Translations under genes and position numbers: made by a program | Notes under the pieces: model-generated | Told to the model about the DNA's origin: nothing | The model's input: only the letters and a program-made list of their open reading frames with translations | The model's database searches: none | NCBI GenBank assembly: GCA_964252035.1 | Contig: OZ176205.1 | Source of the DNA: Podarcis erhardii | Lineage: Eukaryota | DNA length: 64,000 bases | Strand: one strand, 5' to 3' | Shown here: in pieces, positions 10,511 through 23,443 of the stretch | How positions within the stretch are numbered: position 1 is the first letter of the stretch | How the letters are laid out: each line of letters opens with the position of its first letter

Positions 10511-10750
10511 GGAGGACAAAGCTTTCAAGGGCTACCTAGTCGTGATGGCTTTATGCTACCTCCAGGAACGGAGGCACAATGCCTCTGAATTCTAGTTGCT
10601 GGGAAACCGCAGCAGGAGGGAGAGTTTCTGCCCTCATGTCCTCCTTGTGGGTTTCCCCAAGAGGCATCTCTAGTTGGCTGCTGTGGGAAACAGGATGCTG
10701 AAACTAGATAAGCCTTTGGTCTAATCCAACAGAGTTCTTGTTATGTTCTA
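10511..10750 (+). mobile_element. 3' end of a CR1-type LINE (long 3' UTR subfamily)
   Basis: Resembles the squamate CR1 3' end (gaggcatct..ttggc..ctgtg..aacaggatgctg..actagat...ttatgttct), by recognition only. Confidence 0.5.
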
Positions 10751-11172
10751 GCCTCCTGCAGCAATTTCAAAGAGGAATTTAATGTGATCATTGGTCAAGA
10801 AAGCCCGGGAAAGCATGACACTCAATAGGATGGCAGATTTAAAAATAAAAATAAAATTGAGAGTCGGTAAATCTTCTGTGCACATCTTACAATCTGGTTT
10901 GCATGAACTCCACTTACAAACGACAAGCTGGCTACAGACAGGACATCCTTCTGCCCTCAAGCTCCCACTATTTACTACATATATGCATTTATTATCTTGT
11001 GGGCAAAAGATCACCTGAGAGCTTTACAATTACCCCTTTAAGAAATGGGGGGGGGGTGTGTCTGTGTGTGGTAACTCATTGCAACCCCAGTGTTAAAAAG
11101 TACATGAATGAAAGAATAAACATCTTAAGCCTCAATCGTGTTTTAGCTGCGAATACTGAAGAAATACAATAC

Positions 11173-11232
11173 CTGATTTCCCATTCTGATTGGGGGCCGG
11201 GGACCTCCTGCGTATCTTGGTGACATAAAAGG
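11173..11232 (-). CDS. SSBP3: SSBP3 exon 7 equivalent, 60 nt, phase 0-0: [20 protein letters not shown]
   Basis: Matches SSBP3. Acceptor gcttacag, donor CAG|gtattg. Confidence 0.96.
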
Positions 11233-12118
11233 CTGTAAGCATATAAAATTAGTTCAGTGGCAATGAACGCTCAAAAGTGGAAGTAAACATTATAACCACT
11301 TCCTTCACAACTGCTCTTTAAAATACCAAAATTGATTGTATTTCCCTTATTCTACACACGTACACACAAACTCCCCAAACCGAGCATTTGATTAGCAGAA
11401 CATTTCTGAGGTGAATTCCAGGCCAAATGAATGAAAGATTTAATATACTGCATTCTATTCAACTTGTAATTAAACTTGACACATATACACACAGAAGCAT
11501 TTTTTAAAAAAACAAAACAAAACCCCCAAAACCCTGCTGATAAGAAATATTTAGACTCTCAAGTCTTTGACATTTGTTGTGCTTTACTGTATTTATTTGT
11601 TTAAGGTTAGGATGGTTTAATAATTTTTGACAAGAATTAAAATTAGCACAAATGAAAGTACCAAGCGAATATTAAGATACTTTTTAAACAGATTGGTAAA
11701 TGAAAGTGCGGTTTGGGGAAGAGAAGAGTTTAAAACATTTCAATGACAAGTAGTGAAAACAAGCACTTAAACTGTACAATGATTGTCTTAATGCTGTTCG
11801 GGGTTGGGGGGGTGGAAGATTAAAAAAAATGATATTTGTATGTAAATTAGCATGTCTGAAAATCGAAAGCTACTTTGTAATCTGATGTCAATGGAACAAA
11901 TGCAGCCAAGAGGAAGAGACTTCCTAGCAGAGGTGAGATGAGGTGGAATGAAAACAATTTTGGGGTCCCGGGATCTTGAGTGGATGTAAATTCACAACGC
12001 TCCGCAAACTACCCTGGAGCTGCTCGCTGGTTAAGTTAGCGGAAGGGTGTGGCTCCCACATGCTTTGAGAGTTCACACAGAACACACATATCACAGCAGT
12101 GCCCTGCGATGTCTTTAC

Positions 12119-12199
12119 CTGACTGTGGGGTCCCATCATGCTGTTGGGGTTGTGAGGTGGAGGCTGTGCGTGTGGCGAGGGCTGAGAGCCAGGCGGTCC
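12119..12199 (-). CDS. SSBP3: SSBP3 exon 6 equivalent, 81 nt, phase 0-0: GPPGSQPSPHAQPPPHNPNSMMGPHSQ
   Basis: Near-identical to the human SSBP3 peptide. Acceptor cctcacag, donor CAG|gtaaag. Confidence 0.96.
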
Positions 12200-13716
12200 C
12201 TGTGAGGTTAGATAGCAGAAGGTGGTTATAGGTCAGGCACATGAATGTGCAGGAGAAGATCTGGCTTAACAGGAGAAGCTGGCGAATCTTCATAGGGAAT
12301 GAATATTTTGTTTCTGAACATCGCAAACTTCCAAAAGAAAAAGAAATAGAAATTGGGGGGCGGGGGCGGGGGGGGGGGAGAATGCGGGCAAAGAACCAAT
12401 AACTGTCAAAGCACATCAAATGAGCTGTTAATTCTGAGTGAGCGACACAGCTTGTGCCCTCTGACATTTGTGATGGGATCGCTAGTGAGTCCAACGCAGG
12501 AATTGCTGCTCGGTGCTGGAATTTTACTGCTGTGCGGACAGACTAAAATAGGTGCAATGTGTGGCGGCACATAACCTGCGAGCAAACATTTTCATTGCCG
12601 AACCTCAATAAATGCAAACTGTGATCTCAATTAACACAAAGAAAGTCTCCAAAATATCTGGAGTGGGGGTGGGAGAAAACCTGCCTCGTCTAGTCTCACA
12701 CTGGAAATTGCACACATGGCACCGCAGAAATGCAACATGTCCGCCAACTGTGCCCTGGCATCTGCCTGCGTTCCGGCACGCTTTATTCAAATTATGTAAT
12801 TCAGCAGATTTGGGTAAAAACAAAAACAGAAAAACAACAACAACAAAATGCAAATCTGCGTTGGCTGTATGGATCATGATATGGGTCTGGGCAATACAAC
12901 TTATGCAAGCTGAACAAAAAGCCCCCCCAGGTGTACTGCACTGTACTGTTTCAGTCTTCCACAAGCCTGCACTATTAAATGCATCTGGATAAGTGCTTGA
13001 AGAACACATACAAAACTAGCTCACCCACAATATATTCCTATTAGATTAGCAATAGTACTTTTCTGTGTTTTCATTTGCCACTTGGGTTAAGAATTTAGAA
13101 CAAAAGAAAGTTAACAAGAAGGTTTATGATGATGATAATAATAAAAATAAAAATGCTTAGTAACATGTTTCCATGCTTTACCTAGACTTCCAACTCTAGG
13201 AAGTTTGTAGCAGCAGCAATCACTTATCATTTCTACACACAAGACTATAGTGTCACATTTTTGAGACCAGAACTGTGGTCCTTCACCAAGATTAACTATC
13301 TATTGAGGCAACGATTAATCTTGCATGCAGATATGATTTTACCTGGGGGGGGGGGGCTTATATGCGCCTGAGAAGAAAAAGATTCATTTGTATAGTTTCA
13401 ACCCTGCAATGCAGGGCTGTAGGATTAAACATAATTTTAATTCCCTCCATTCCTGGAATCCCGGAAAACAAGAAGTTTATTTCGAAAAAAGGGGGTTCTT
13501 GAACATGAATAACCAAATTCGCACTATGATGTACACATGTTCCCTGTGTAATTTTTTCTCTCTCAAACAAACACAAAATTGTAATTGGTCTGGAAAGCAA
13601 ACAAGACTTGTAAGTACATTATGAGAATCAGCTACACACTTCAGGAAAAGCAGAGGAACAGATGTTCTATACCTGCCATGTTAGTAATTTCAACAAGTGT
13701 TCGCCTTCTAGCTGCT

Positions 13717-13912
13717 NNNNNNNNNNNNNNNNNNNNNNNNNNNNNNNNNNNNNNNNNNNNNNNNNNNNNNNNNNNNNNNNNNNNNNNNNNNNNNNNNNNN
13801 NNNNNNNNNNNNNNNNNNNNNNNNNNNNNNNNNNNNNNNNNNNNNNNNNNNNNNNNNNNNNNNNNNNNNNNNNNNNNNNNNNNNNNNNNNNNNNNNNNNN
13901 NNNNNNNNNNNN
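13717..13912. other. Assembly gap (196 N)
   Basis: Run of N. Confidence 0.99.
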
Positions 13913-14332
13913 GAGGGGAAGTTAATGAAGGCAGGACATATCTGCACCTGCAAATCTTTTGTACCAGGGAAACTTGAGTGCAATGTAAATAAAAGAGGGG
14001 GAGAAATTGTTAAAGAGTTAACACGGAAAGATGCAAACAGAGCTCTAAACAGAAGCAGACACTCTGCTGATCCTCCAGGTTATGTTTACGGGATCGTAGA
14101 AACTGATTTTCCTTTGCATTAATAAGATCCATTGTACATAGGGTACTAATATTTGCTCATTAACTCCTTTAACTGAGAATTAAGGGTTGCTTCTCACAGG
14201 TTATTTTTTTCTCTAGTACTGATATCTATAAACAAAATACATGAATATAGTGTTCGGTATGATGTTTCAAATGTAGCCTTCCCCCCATTTCAAATACTTA
14301 AAAGCACTGAATTAGACCCCCGCTATCAAGTA

Positions 14333-14550
14333 CAGTGGTACCTTGGGTTAAGTACTTAATTTGTTCCAGAAGTCTGTACTTAACCTGAAACTGTTCTTAA
14401 CCTGAAGCACCACTTTAGCTAATGGGGGCCTCCTGCTGCTGCTGCGCCGCCGGAGCACGATTTCTGTTCTCATCCTGAAGCAAAGTTCTTAACTCGAGGT
14501 ACTATTTCTGGGGTAGTGGAGTAACCTGAAGCGTATGTAACCCAAGGTAC
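14333..14550. mobile_element. Tc1/mariner (pogo/Tigger-like) MITE, right TIR clipped
   Basis: ta|cagtggtaccttgggtta ... taacccaaggtac. Confidence 0.85.
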
Positions 14551-15629
14551 ATATTTTGAAATGCATGGGAAGTGTTTGTACCTAGCAAAAAAAACTTTTA
14601 AGATGCAATCACTGTGCAGCAAAGAGAATTTGTTCTCAGCACTAGCTTATCATGTGCTTTGACCCCTTCACAAAACCACATAAAGTCCTTGTGCCTCTTT
14701 TAGGTTCCAGAAAATCAAAAACAACTTTTTCAATTACACACAATTAAAGGAAGGAGTTGTCAGGAGCATACTGCAAGTAATACAATTATTTTAAAGTCAA
14801 CTGAAAATGGTCTCTGGGATGGTAAACACATAAAGATTGCACAATTTAAATTGGAACAGAAAAAGTCGGCTGCTATGTGGATGCCTTTGAGATGCTTTGA
14901 TCGGAGCACTCTGTAACCTCTGTCTGCAAATGTGCTACCTTCATGTAAACACTTTATCTTCTCTAGACCAAAGAAACTCCCACTTTAAATGAAACTTCTA
15001 CTGAGTAATTCTCTGTGTGAGGTGAAGCCCAACCCAACCCAACAAAATGGCAATGGGTAGGCAACTGTTGCTGCTATCAATGGTGGCTTGCTTTCAGCCG
15101 TTGAGACTGCCTAAGCCCTCTCTGATCACCTCTAAGCAGTAGCTGCATATGAGTCCTAGAGCTTAACATTTCCACTCTGTCTGGAAGAACAATGTCAAGG
15201 TCTTCATGACTGCAGAATCCTAATGAAGCTTGGGTATGACTTTCATGGTAGAGGAGGATGGGAAGCATCTTTTAGAAGAGGAAAAGTCAGCACTGGGCTT
15301 ATACGCAACAGCAACATAACAGAACGTAGCCTAGAACCTGGGTTGGATTCATTCAAATGCATAACAATTGCTCCTTGTCCCAGATATATTAACATGTACC
15401 TCTGAAATGCCTTGCTTCATGACTCCTACATTTCTATCAAACATGTCAATGGTAACCTCAAAAAGAAACTCTTATTTTAGGTCTCTTTGACCAAGAAGCC
15501 ATGTAGCTAATATGATCTACCTAAGTCTCCATGGAACAAAAGAATTACCCCCATTTTATCAATCTAATTTATTTTATAGAATAGTTTATATGCAAGTTTA
15601 TTTTATTCACATCTTTTTCATTTTATTCA

Positions 15630-15874
15630 CAGCAACCTTTTTCAGCCATGGGCCGGTCCACTGCCCCACAGACCATGTAGTGGGCCGGACTATTTTTTTT
15701 TTGGGGGGGGGAGAATGGATTCCTATGCCCCACAAATAACCCAGAGATGCATTTTAAATAAAAGCACACATTCTACTCATGTAAAAACAAGCTGATTCCT
15801 GGACCATCCGTGGGCCGGATTAAGAAGGCGATTGGGCCGCATCCGGCCCATGGGCCTTAGGTTGCCTACCCCTG
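15630..15874. mobile_element. hAT MITE, left end eroded
   Basis: Right TIR aggttgcctacccctg; internal gggccgg/ccggccc subterminal motifs. Confidence 0.75.
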
Positions 15875-18860
15875 TCTTAATCCCACCTTTCTTACACTGA
15901 GCTCAGGGCAAAGTACATTCAGAGGAGAGGAGTCTGGTGCAAAGCTCACTGCAAAATGAATCTCTTTGGTTGAAGTCCAATGCTATCCATTATGCCATGC
16001 TACTTTCCCCTATAAGAAGTGTGAGAACATGGAATATTTTCTACTAAAGACATAACCTAAAAGATTATAGTCCTTTGCTTCACCCATGTCACCTAAAGAG
16101 ATAACTTCTTTTTCTGACACACTGTAGTTTGCAAGCAGAAATAATCTGCTGTTAATTGAAAAGGGTAGTGAAAAGAAAACGACAAAACCATTATCTTTCC
16201 CAACTGTATCATTAGCCAAGTACTAAAGGAAATCCAGCAGTTCCAAATAAGAACCGTTTTTGGAAAGCTCAGAGCGACTACCCAACTATTCAACTACTTC
16301 ACATACATTCATTAATGGCAACAATCAAGTAAATTGGTTTTTAAGATAAAATGTTCATAGGACTGGGGGGCAGGGAAACACCTCAAGGAAGTTAAGAATA
16401 CTTAATGCTTTTCCCACTACTTCATTGCAACTACAGAACAGCAAGTAGTGACCTACAGGATTTACATTCTCATAGGTATTCACCAAACACAAGAATAAAA
16501 GTTCCATAGGAAACTTACGCCAATAATCCCTTTCAAAACCTTCACCTCTGATCTTACAGAGCCAGCACTTGCCATACTGCTATAATGCAGAAGCTTCTTA
16601 GCCTTCAGTTATCAACCTCTGCTTACTTGAACTTATGAGCAAATTATTTTGTGGTTCTCCTATATTGAAATAATTAAAGGCTAAAACATAAATCTAAAAT
16701 AACCTTGCCTAAATCAGGAATCCTGCCTCTCCACATAATAAATGTTGAGAGATGAACCTCAGGATTTTAAGAAGCCAGTGCCAACCTTCATCAATTAAGT
16801 AGACATCACAGATTTACCATTGCTGAAGTGCCCACTAGTCTCCGTTAATGAACATGGCCAATACAAAATGAAGTATTTATTTCCTTATATTTATCCTGCC
16901 TTTCTTCCATCATGGAACGACATATTGATTCTATAGAGTAGTAACACAGATGTGTTATTTCTGCATTAATGCCTGCAGACATAATGAAAAACCTTTCTTG
17001 ACCAGGAGTAAGTCACAGGATTATGCACTTTTTAAATCCTTGTTAAGAGGACAGCCCCAATCACCATGTAATATTGATATCAAAGTAATGCTTAAAACTA
17101 TGATCAAGGTGGGTAGGACAAATTTGTTTTAGACAGGAGGGAGGGTAAGGCAAGGGACAAAGTGATTTCATGGCCTGTTCTCTATTTCTTTACCACAGTT
17201 TAAGAGAGTCATTTATAGCTGAACCACCCCTAGGTGTCCCATTACTTGATGTCTATGCTACTAATAAGCATCCACATTGAGAGGTTTCTTTTGCAATTGC
17301 AGAAGTATGTATGGCAACCAAACTCCATTTGTAGCAAAATGTCATTTAGAAAATGGTTGAGAAGTTGCACTTTGCCAGTTTGGCCACTGTACATTTTTAT
17401 GCACCGGTATTTCCAAATTAGCTAAAGAAAAGGACGATTATAACAGAAATCGCAAACATTTTGGGCTTGGAGGCACAATTGGAAATCTAATAAAAACATC
17501 CATTTTACAGAAGACACTGGTGCTGCTCAGAACTCCCTCCACAAGCAACATGCAGAGAAACCCTATAACCTCCCCACAAAAAAACCCCAAGCCCCAGACC
17601 CTTCTTTAAAAGCTGCTAACTAACCAAACCAACGCAATTTCTTTAAATTTTGGGGGTGTTTGGTGGCCTTGGAGGGGATTTGAGAATAACACCATGTCCA
17701 CAAGTGCCACATGGGGACCCCAGAATACCACGGATAAACAGAGCAAGCCTAATAAAAATTCTGCAAAAGAGGAAAAAACCCTGGCAAAACCACTGTCTTT
17801 CTTTATGTCAGTAAGCTACAGAACGGTTAAGGCAGACCCACATGTCTTAAAAAGAAAAAAGCAACCAGACACCACTGTAAGATCAGCTGGTTGAAAAATT
17901 GCAGGAGATCTGGAGCTTGGATAAGATGTGTGGTTTTTAAACACAATCAGTTACTTGGAAATGGTACAAATAACCAATGGATGAAATCTGCAGAATACTT
18001 TTTTAAATATTCAAAATATTGAATCTCATAGCAGATTGTGAAGCATATTAGGGAGGATCCCATAACACTGGGAACAGGCAATGGAACGGTACTTGAACGT
18101 CAAAGTTGGCAAGTATTAGGTGACTTTTTCTGGAGGGCAGTGGGGAGGAGGATAATCTCATTCATTAGAGACAAGGGAAAGTAGTCTAATGTAGATAGGG
18201 ACTTTTCCCACACAGCCACTCACTATTTCACACTATTTGGCATTAGCCTCAAGGACACTGGCAAGCCTCTGCCAATTATCACATGCATAGGAGTAGTGAA
18301 TGGCAGAGCACCTTAACAGGTCGGTCAAGAAGTCCACGTTATGCCCAATTTCTTAAAATTGTCAAGTGAAAAGATCCAAAACAGAACCCAAACATCCCTG
18401 CCTCAGTTAAGAACCCCCTTTGTGCACCAACTGCACAATATAAAACTACTAATCTTTATCTAAACATAGAACTGTTTTTCCACAGGATGCAAGGATGACC
18501 AGTAGCAAAAATGCTTTTTAAAGCGTTCCTCACAGAGGTCAGTTTTACTAGCCCTAGATAGATTGGGCTTCCTCATGAACAGGTTTTAGGGGCTGGGGAC
18601 AAAAAAGCTCACCATCAAGCTCTGCCTGTGCATTTTCAAAGGCACCTGCCTAACCACAACTGCAAGGATGGGGAACCTGTGGCCCATTATGTTGTTGGAC
18701 TACTGGCTCAGACTGGAACACAACTTGTAGAAGGCTACATATTCTCCATCTCTGCACTACTGAGAAGAGGATGCAGGATTAGATGGATTCTTGTGCTGCT
18801 TTTAAAAACATGGGTTGATTAACATAGGAACAACTAGCACACCCACATTCTTACCCTTAC

Positions 18861-18988
18861 AGAATCATAGAATTGCAGAGTTGGAAGGGAAGCTAAGGAT
18901 CATCCAGTCCAACCCCCTGCAATGGAGGAATATGCAATTGTCCCATACGGGGGCTGAACCTGAAATCTTGGCATTATCAGCAGCACAC
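18861..18988 (-). mobile_element. SINE with tRNA-Ile-like head (partial) and CR1 3' tail
   Basis: Minus: gctgataatgccaagatttcaggttcagcccccgtatggga resembles the tRNA-Ile(AAT) 3' half, then attcctccattgcagggggttggactggatga...attctatgattct. Confidence 0.75.
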
Positions 18989-19307
18989 CACCCTCCCCGA
19001 AAAACCCCACAACCCCTTGAGTCAAAGCAAAAAGGAGATTTTGCCTTTCGTGGTGTATCTCCTTTCTGGAGCATCATCATTATACATAGCACTTTAGAGA
19101 ATTGCATAAGCAGGATGAGGAGGCAGCCCCTGTTCCCACAGACCTTACAATCTGAGAACAGTGGCATTCTGGAAGAGGTACATCGTCTTTCTAAGAAGCC
19201 TGGGAACTGGAAACACAGAACGGAGCTCCCTCCTTCTCAGGACTGATACAACGAAAGCTTTGAACTGGAATTTGAAACTTGGGAACCAACAAAACAGAGC
19301 CAAACAT

Positions 19308-19336
19308 AACAACAACAACAACAACAACAACAACAA
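19308..19336. repeat. (AAC)n microsatellite
   Basis: Seen directly. Confidence 0.95.
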
Positions 19337-19604
19337 TTTATTATTTGTACCCCACCCTCATGAAACTAAGACAGTATACAAAGAACATAAAAACATAAAA
19401 ACAGGCAATCAATTAGTTAAAGAATAAGCGATATTTCTTAGAAACCCAAACCAGTTGGAAACCAGAAAAGGCGGAGGGATGTAATGTCCGTCTGCTCTTA
19501 TCCAGAAACAAGATTCATGCATAATATTATCATCTGGGTAAGGATAGAGGCACATCTCGGAAGTGGTATACAAAAGCTGGGGTCCAGGAAGCAACATTTT
19601 TTAG

Positions 19605-19773
19605 ATGACCATGGAACGGTCTCCCTTGGGAGGTGGTGGATCCTCTACCTTGGGAGGTTTTTAAGCAGAGGTTGGATGATTACCTGTCATGTATGATCTA
19701 GCTGATATTCCTGCATTACAGGGGCTTGGACTAGGTGACCCTCAGGGTCCCTTCCAACTCCACGATTCTATGA
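19605..19773 (+). mobile_element. CR1 3' end fragment
   Basis: ggaggtttttaagcagaggttggat...cccttccaactccacgattctatga. Confidence 0.85.
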
Positions 19774-22536
19774 CCCTGTTGACCCACAGGCCAAACAAAG
19801 GCTAAGCACACATTGTCATTTACTCTGTGCGCTCCACTGGTGTCTGAAGCAGAGTTCACATGATGGTGGCCACAATTCTGTAGTTTGTTGAGAAAGACTG
19901 TTTTTGATGTGTTTCCCCTCGAACCAGCTTCTATCCAATTTGAAAACGCAGGCTGAAGTTACACTGATGCACAGTTCAGGCAGCTGTTGCACATGTGTAG
20001 ATGACAGGGGTTTGCAGTCGCAGGGAACAAAATCTTATAATGCCTACTGGATGAAGACATCTCCACCCCCCTCACAAGTGTGTAGAGTAACAGCAAATGC
20101 GACTTGAAACACAGCAGGGGGGAAATGACCTTGCTGCATTTTAAGCCACTAATGTGTACGTTCCCTAATACATAAGAGGAAGTATTAAGGAATACTTAAT
20201 ATATTAAGTATTAATGTATTAAGAAAGCCTTCAAAACTCTGACCTCAAAGGATCCCAACTTATAGGAAACAAAAAGAGTTCCAGACCTTGACGCCTTGGT
20301 TTTCTGCATATAAGCTTTCAAACATGTTCTCACATCTCTCTTGGGCCATGCCCTCTCCTAACCACCTATGAATAATACAATCAGAGAATTGTAGAGTCGG
20401 AAAGGACTCTACCACCTTGGTGCTCCCCTGATGTTGTTGGACCATCATCCTTGGCTTTTGGCCATGTTGCTTGGGGCCAATGGGAGCTGTAGCTGAAAAC
20501 CTCTGGAGGAAAAGGCTGGCACCCAGCAATGCTGCTTGAGCAAAAGACGAAAACAACTTTTGAAACCTGGAGGGTTATAACTTTAGCTTCAGAGCTCTTA
20601 GAGCCAATTCCTTTCTTCACTTATTAGTTTTTCCACAGAAGAGAAGGCAGCCACAAGGGTGTCAAATTTAGGTATACCTCCGTCGTCATCAGCAATGTAT
20701 TTTTAGGAGAGAATACAGTGTGAGAAATTGCTAGTGGTTTTGGTCCCCATGTGGGAATTCCATTGCAGCTTCAGAATCTGCATTCTGTTGGGAAGATGGA
20801 AGCAAAATGGCAGTGAGGCTCCTCCATTCCTGCTGCCATGTGATGGTGAATCAATGGCTAACCATGCAGTTCCCATGGCACCTATGGATGAGATGGACCT
20901 TCACATCATGTTTCTTCCAGGAGAGAGGAGTTGGACCTACACTGAGCAATTTCTGCAGTTCCAGGAGAAAGTGCCCCTCTCCCTAAGCCAACATCTCAGG
21001 CCCAGAAGCCACATTGAGACAACTACTTCCTGCTACTTGACGAAAAAACCAAGGGAGAGTAGCTAAGAGACAGAGGAAGAACCAAGAAGCTAAAAACAAA
21101 ACAAAGAAAATTAGCTAAGGTAAGATGTATGCCGATGCAGAGCTAAGTAGAAATTGCTGCCAAGAATTGCCTAGTAGCCCTAGGCAGGAAGAGGCTAAGA
21201 GCAGGGGGTCCCCTCCTCCAAGTAAGTCATTTTCTACTTCTTGCCTCCAAGATCCCAGGTAAGGGACACCTCATTTCCAGAATGTCCCTCTGCCCATATC
21301 CAGGAAGTTGCAAAGAGATTCAAGCATGCCCACACTCAAGTGTATCATCTCAAGCATGAAGACCCTTTCTTTAGACTCAGAAAATGTTCTCCTGTGCCTC
21401 CTGGAGAGACATTAGAGTGATTCCACTCAAATTACCAGTTTTAATTAAAAAGGGGTCGAAAATCAATTTCTGCTTTTAAACAAAACTGATTAGCAAGTAG
21501 GTTATTGCAATTCACAGCAGCAGAGCTTTCCCTAATTCTTTAAACGAAAGCGACTGGCGTTGGAAGGGCATTCATCTAAGCATCAAGACACCCACGGTCC
21601 TTTATATGATAACGCCCACTTTAAACACACACTTTTCCCCACAGGAGATCAAAAAATAATGGTTTGGGCAGGGAATCCCAGTGGTTAATTTAATCCACTT
21701 CCAAGATGCATTTTGTGTGTGTGTGTGCGTGTGTGTGTACTGGAAGACAGGGGTGTGCTGGAACAACAGCTGAGTGCATGCTGCAATTTAGGGGGGGGGA
21801 ATGCGAGAAATTGTATGACACTCCCAGGAAATTCAAGACTTTGCGAAGCATTTTGTTGGCAAATGACACACAGCAGTAAATTGAATCCTCATGGCCACAT
21901 TAGCTTGCAAGAGTAATGTTCATGACAGGTATCTCTGGATAATATAACTGCAGATCTACAGTGAAGGCAAGCATCTCTGCAAAAGTGCTGCATGCTCTTT
22001 CTTTCAACTTGTTATGCAGCAGTGGGAGGAGCTGGTGGCTTGGGGCTGGCCGAGAAACGGCAACAACAAGGATCTGAAAACATTTGCTACTTCCTGTCTG
22101 CTACCCTGGGGCCACTAAAACTGCCTTGCTTGGATATAAAAAACTGCGGTCTTACAACCCCCTCTCTTCTGGTGCCCCATCACCAAACGACCCCCGCCTT
22201 CTACCTTTTACAGCCCAGCTCAAGATTCATTTTCTACCTTCTCTTAAGCAAAAAAAGCCAGACCTCTGGTTATTGTTATCTCTGTAAATATTTGCAGATG
22301 TTGTAGGACCATGGAGAACTGCAATTCAGCAGAGAGTGAATGCTGGAGCGCTCTCTCTTTCCCCTCCCCCCTTACATACACTCAGTTATAAATCAAGGAC
22401 TGAAATGAACTGCCTGCTAAAACTGGTTTTAAAGATACAGAATACAAAGAGCCAAGGGAAGCCAAACTGGAATCTTTGGGAAGGAGACACATGCAGCCAA
22501 AGTATCCCAGGTCCTTTGCATATAATCAGATCATTG

Positions 22537-22673
22537 CACACCCTCCAAGTGTCCCTATTTTCCAGGGACATCCCTGATTTAGAGAAGCCACCCCAGTTTC
22601 TGATTTGATTCCAGTATATCCCACTTTTCCTTAGGATCTCCCTATTTTTATTGGAGAAATGTTGGAGGGTATG
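22537..22673. mobile_element. Non-autonomous DNA element with TIR ca[c/t]accctccaa, probably hAT
   Basis: cacaccctccaag ... gttggagggtatg; partial second right end at 22845-22880. Confidence 0.65.
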
Positions 22674-23212
22674 GAATTATCTGACCCCTGAGCCACCTGA
22701 AGGCAATCATGTATAGGGAAGTTTTTTTAAAAAAAAAAATGTTTAATGTTTTATTATGTTTTTATACATGTTGGAAGCTGCCCAGAGTAGCTGGGGCAAC
22801 CCAGTAAGATGTGTGGGGTAGAACTAGTAAAATTAATGGAATGGAACGTCCCTATTTTCATCAGAGAAATGTTGGAGGCACAGCAAACTATGAATTAGTT
22901 TCATGTTTGTTCTGCACAAGGTGTATGTGATCCTTCACAAATGCACTTTGCTTGAAGAGATATTATATATTCCAAGCGTTTCAGCCACAATATTATGTAC
23001 CTGGCAAAATGCAATTCTTCAAGCACAGTTTCTTGCAGTTGTGATTTCTGTGGGGATAGTTGCACAATTGCTACAAACACTTTCTAGCCATTCTTCATGA
23101 CAGATACAACATGCATATACACATTTCTGGCCCGCTCCCCCGCCCCCCCACTATGTTTTATTTGGTGCACTTTTTGTCCTGACATAAAATGCACACTTAA
23201 AGACACTGGAGT

Positions 23213-23443
23213 ATTCATTCATTCATTCATTCATTCATTCATTCACTCAATGCATTTATTTCCCACCCTAAGGACCTCAAGGTAGCATACATGGTTCTCC
23301 ACCTTCCCATTTAATTCTCACAACAACTCTGTGAGGTAGGTTAGGCTGAGAGGCCATCCCTGGTTCGGGGTCACCCAGTGAGATTCATGAGTGAGGATTT
23401 GAGCTGTGGTCTCTCAGGTCCTGGTCCAATACCCTAACCACTA
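23213..23443 (-). mobile_element. CORE/MIR-like SINE relic with (CATT)n tail
   Basis: ctcacaacaactctgtgaggtagg CORE-like motif, ggtcacccagtgag...accctaaccacta. Confidence 0.65.

Noticed and set aside
12036-12494. 152-aa ORF over exon 6
   Set aside because: Different frame from exon 6, includes the C-run and splice signals, and has no recognisable protein features.
13585-13983. ORFs containing X runs
   Set aside because: Artefacts of the N gap.
21061-21200. CRISPR-like array
   Set aside because: The repeat is only 5-6 nt, the context is eukaryotic and there are no cas genes.
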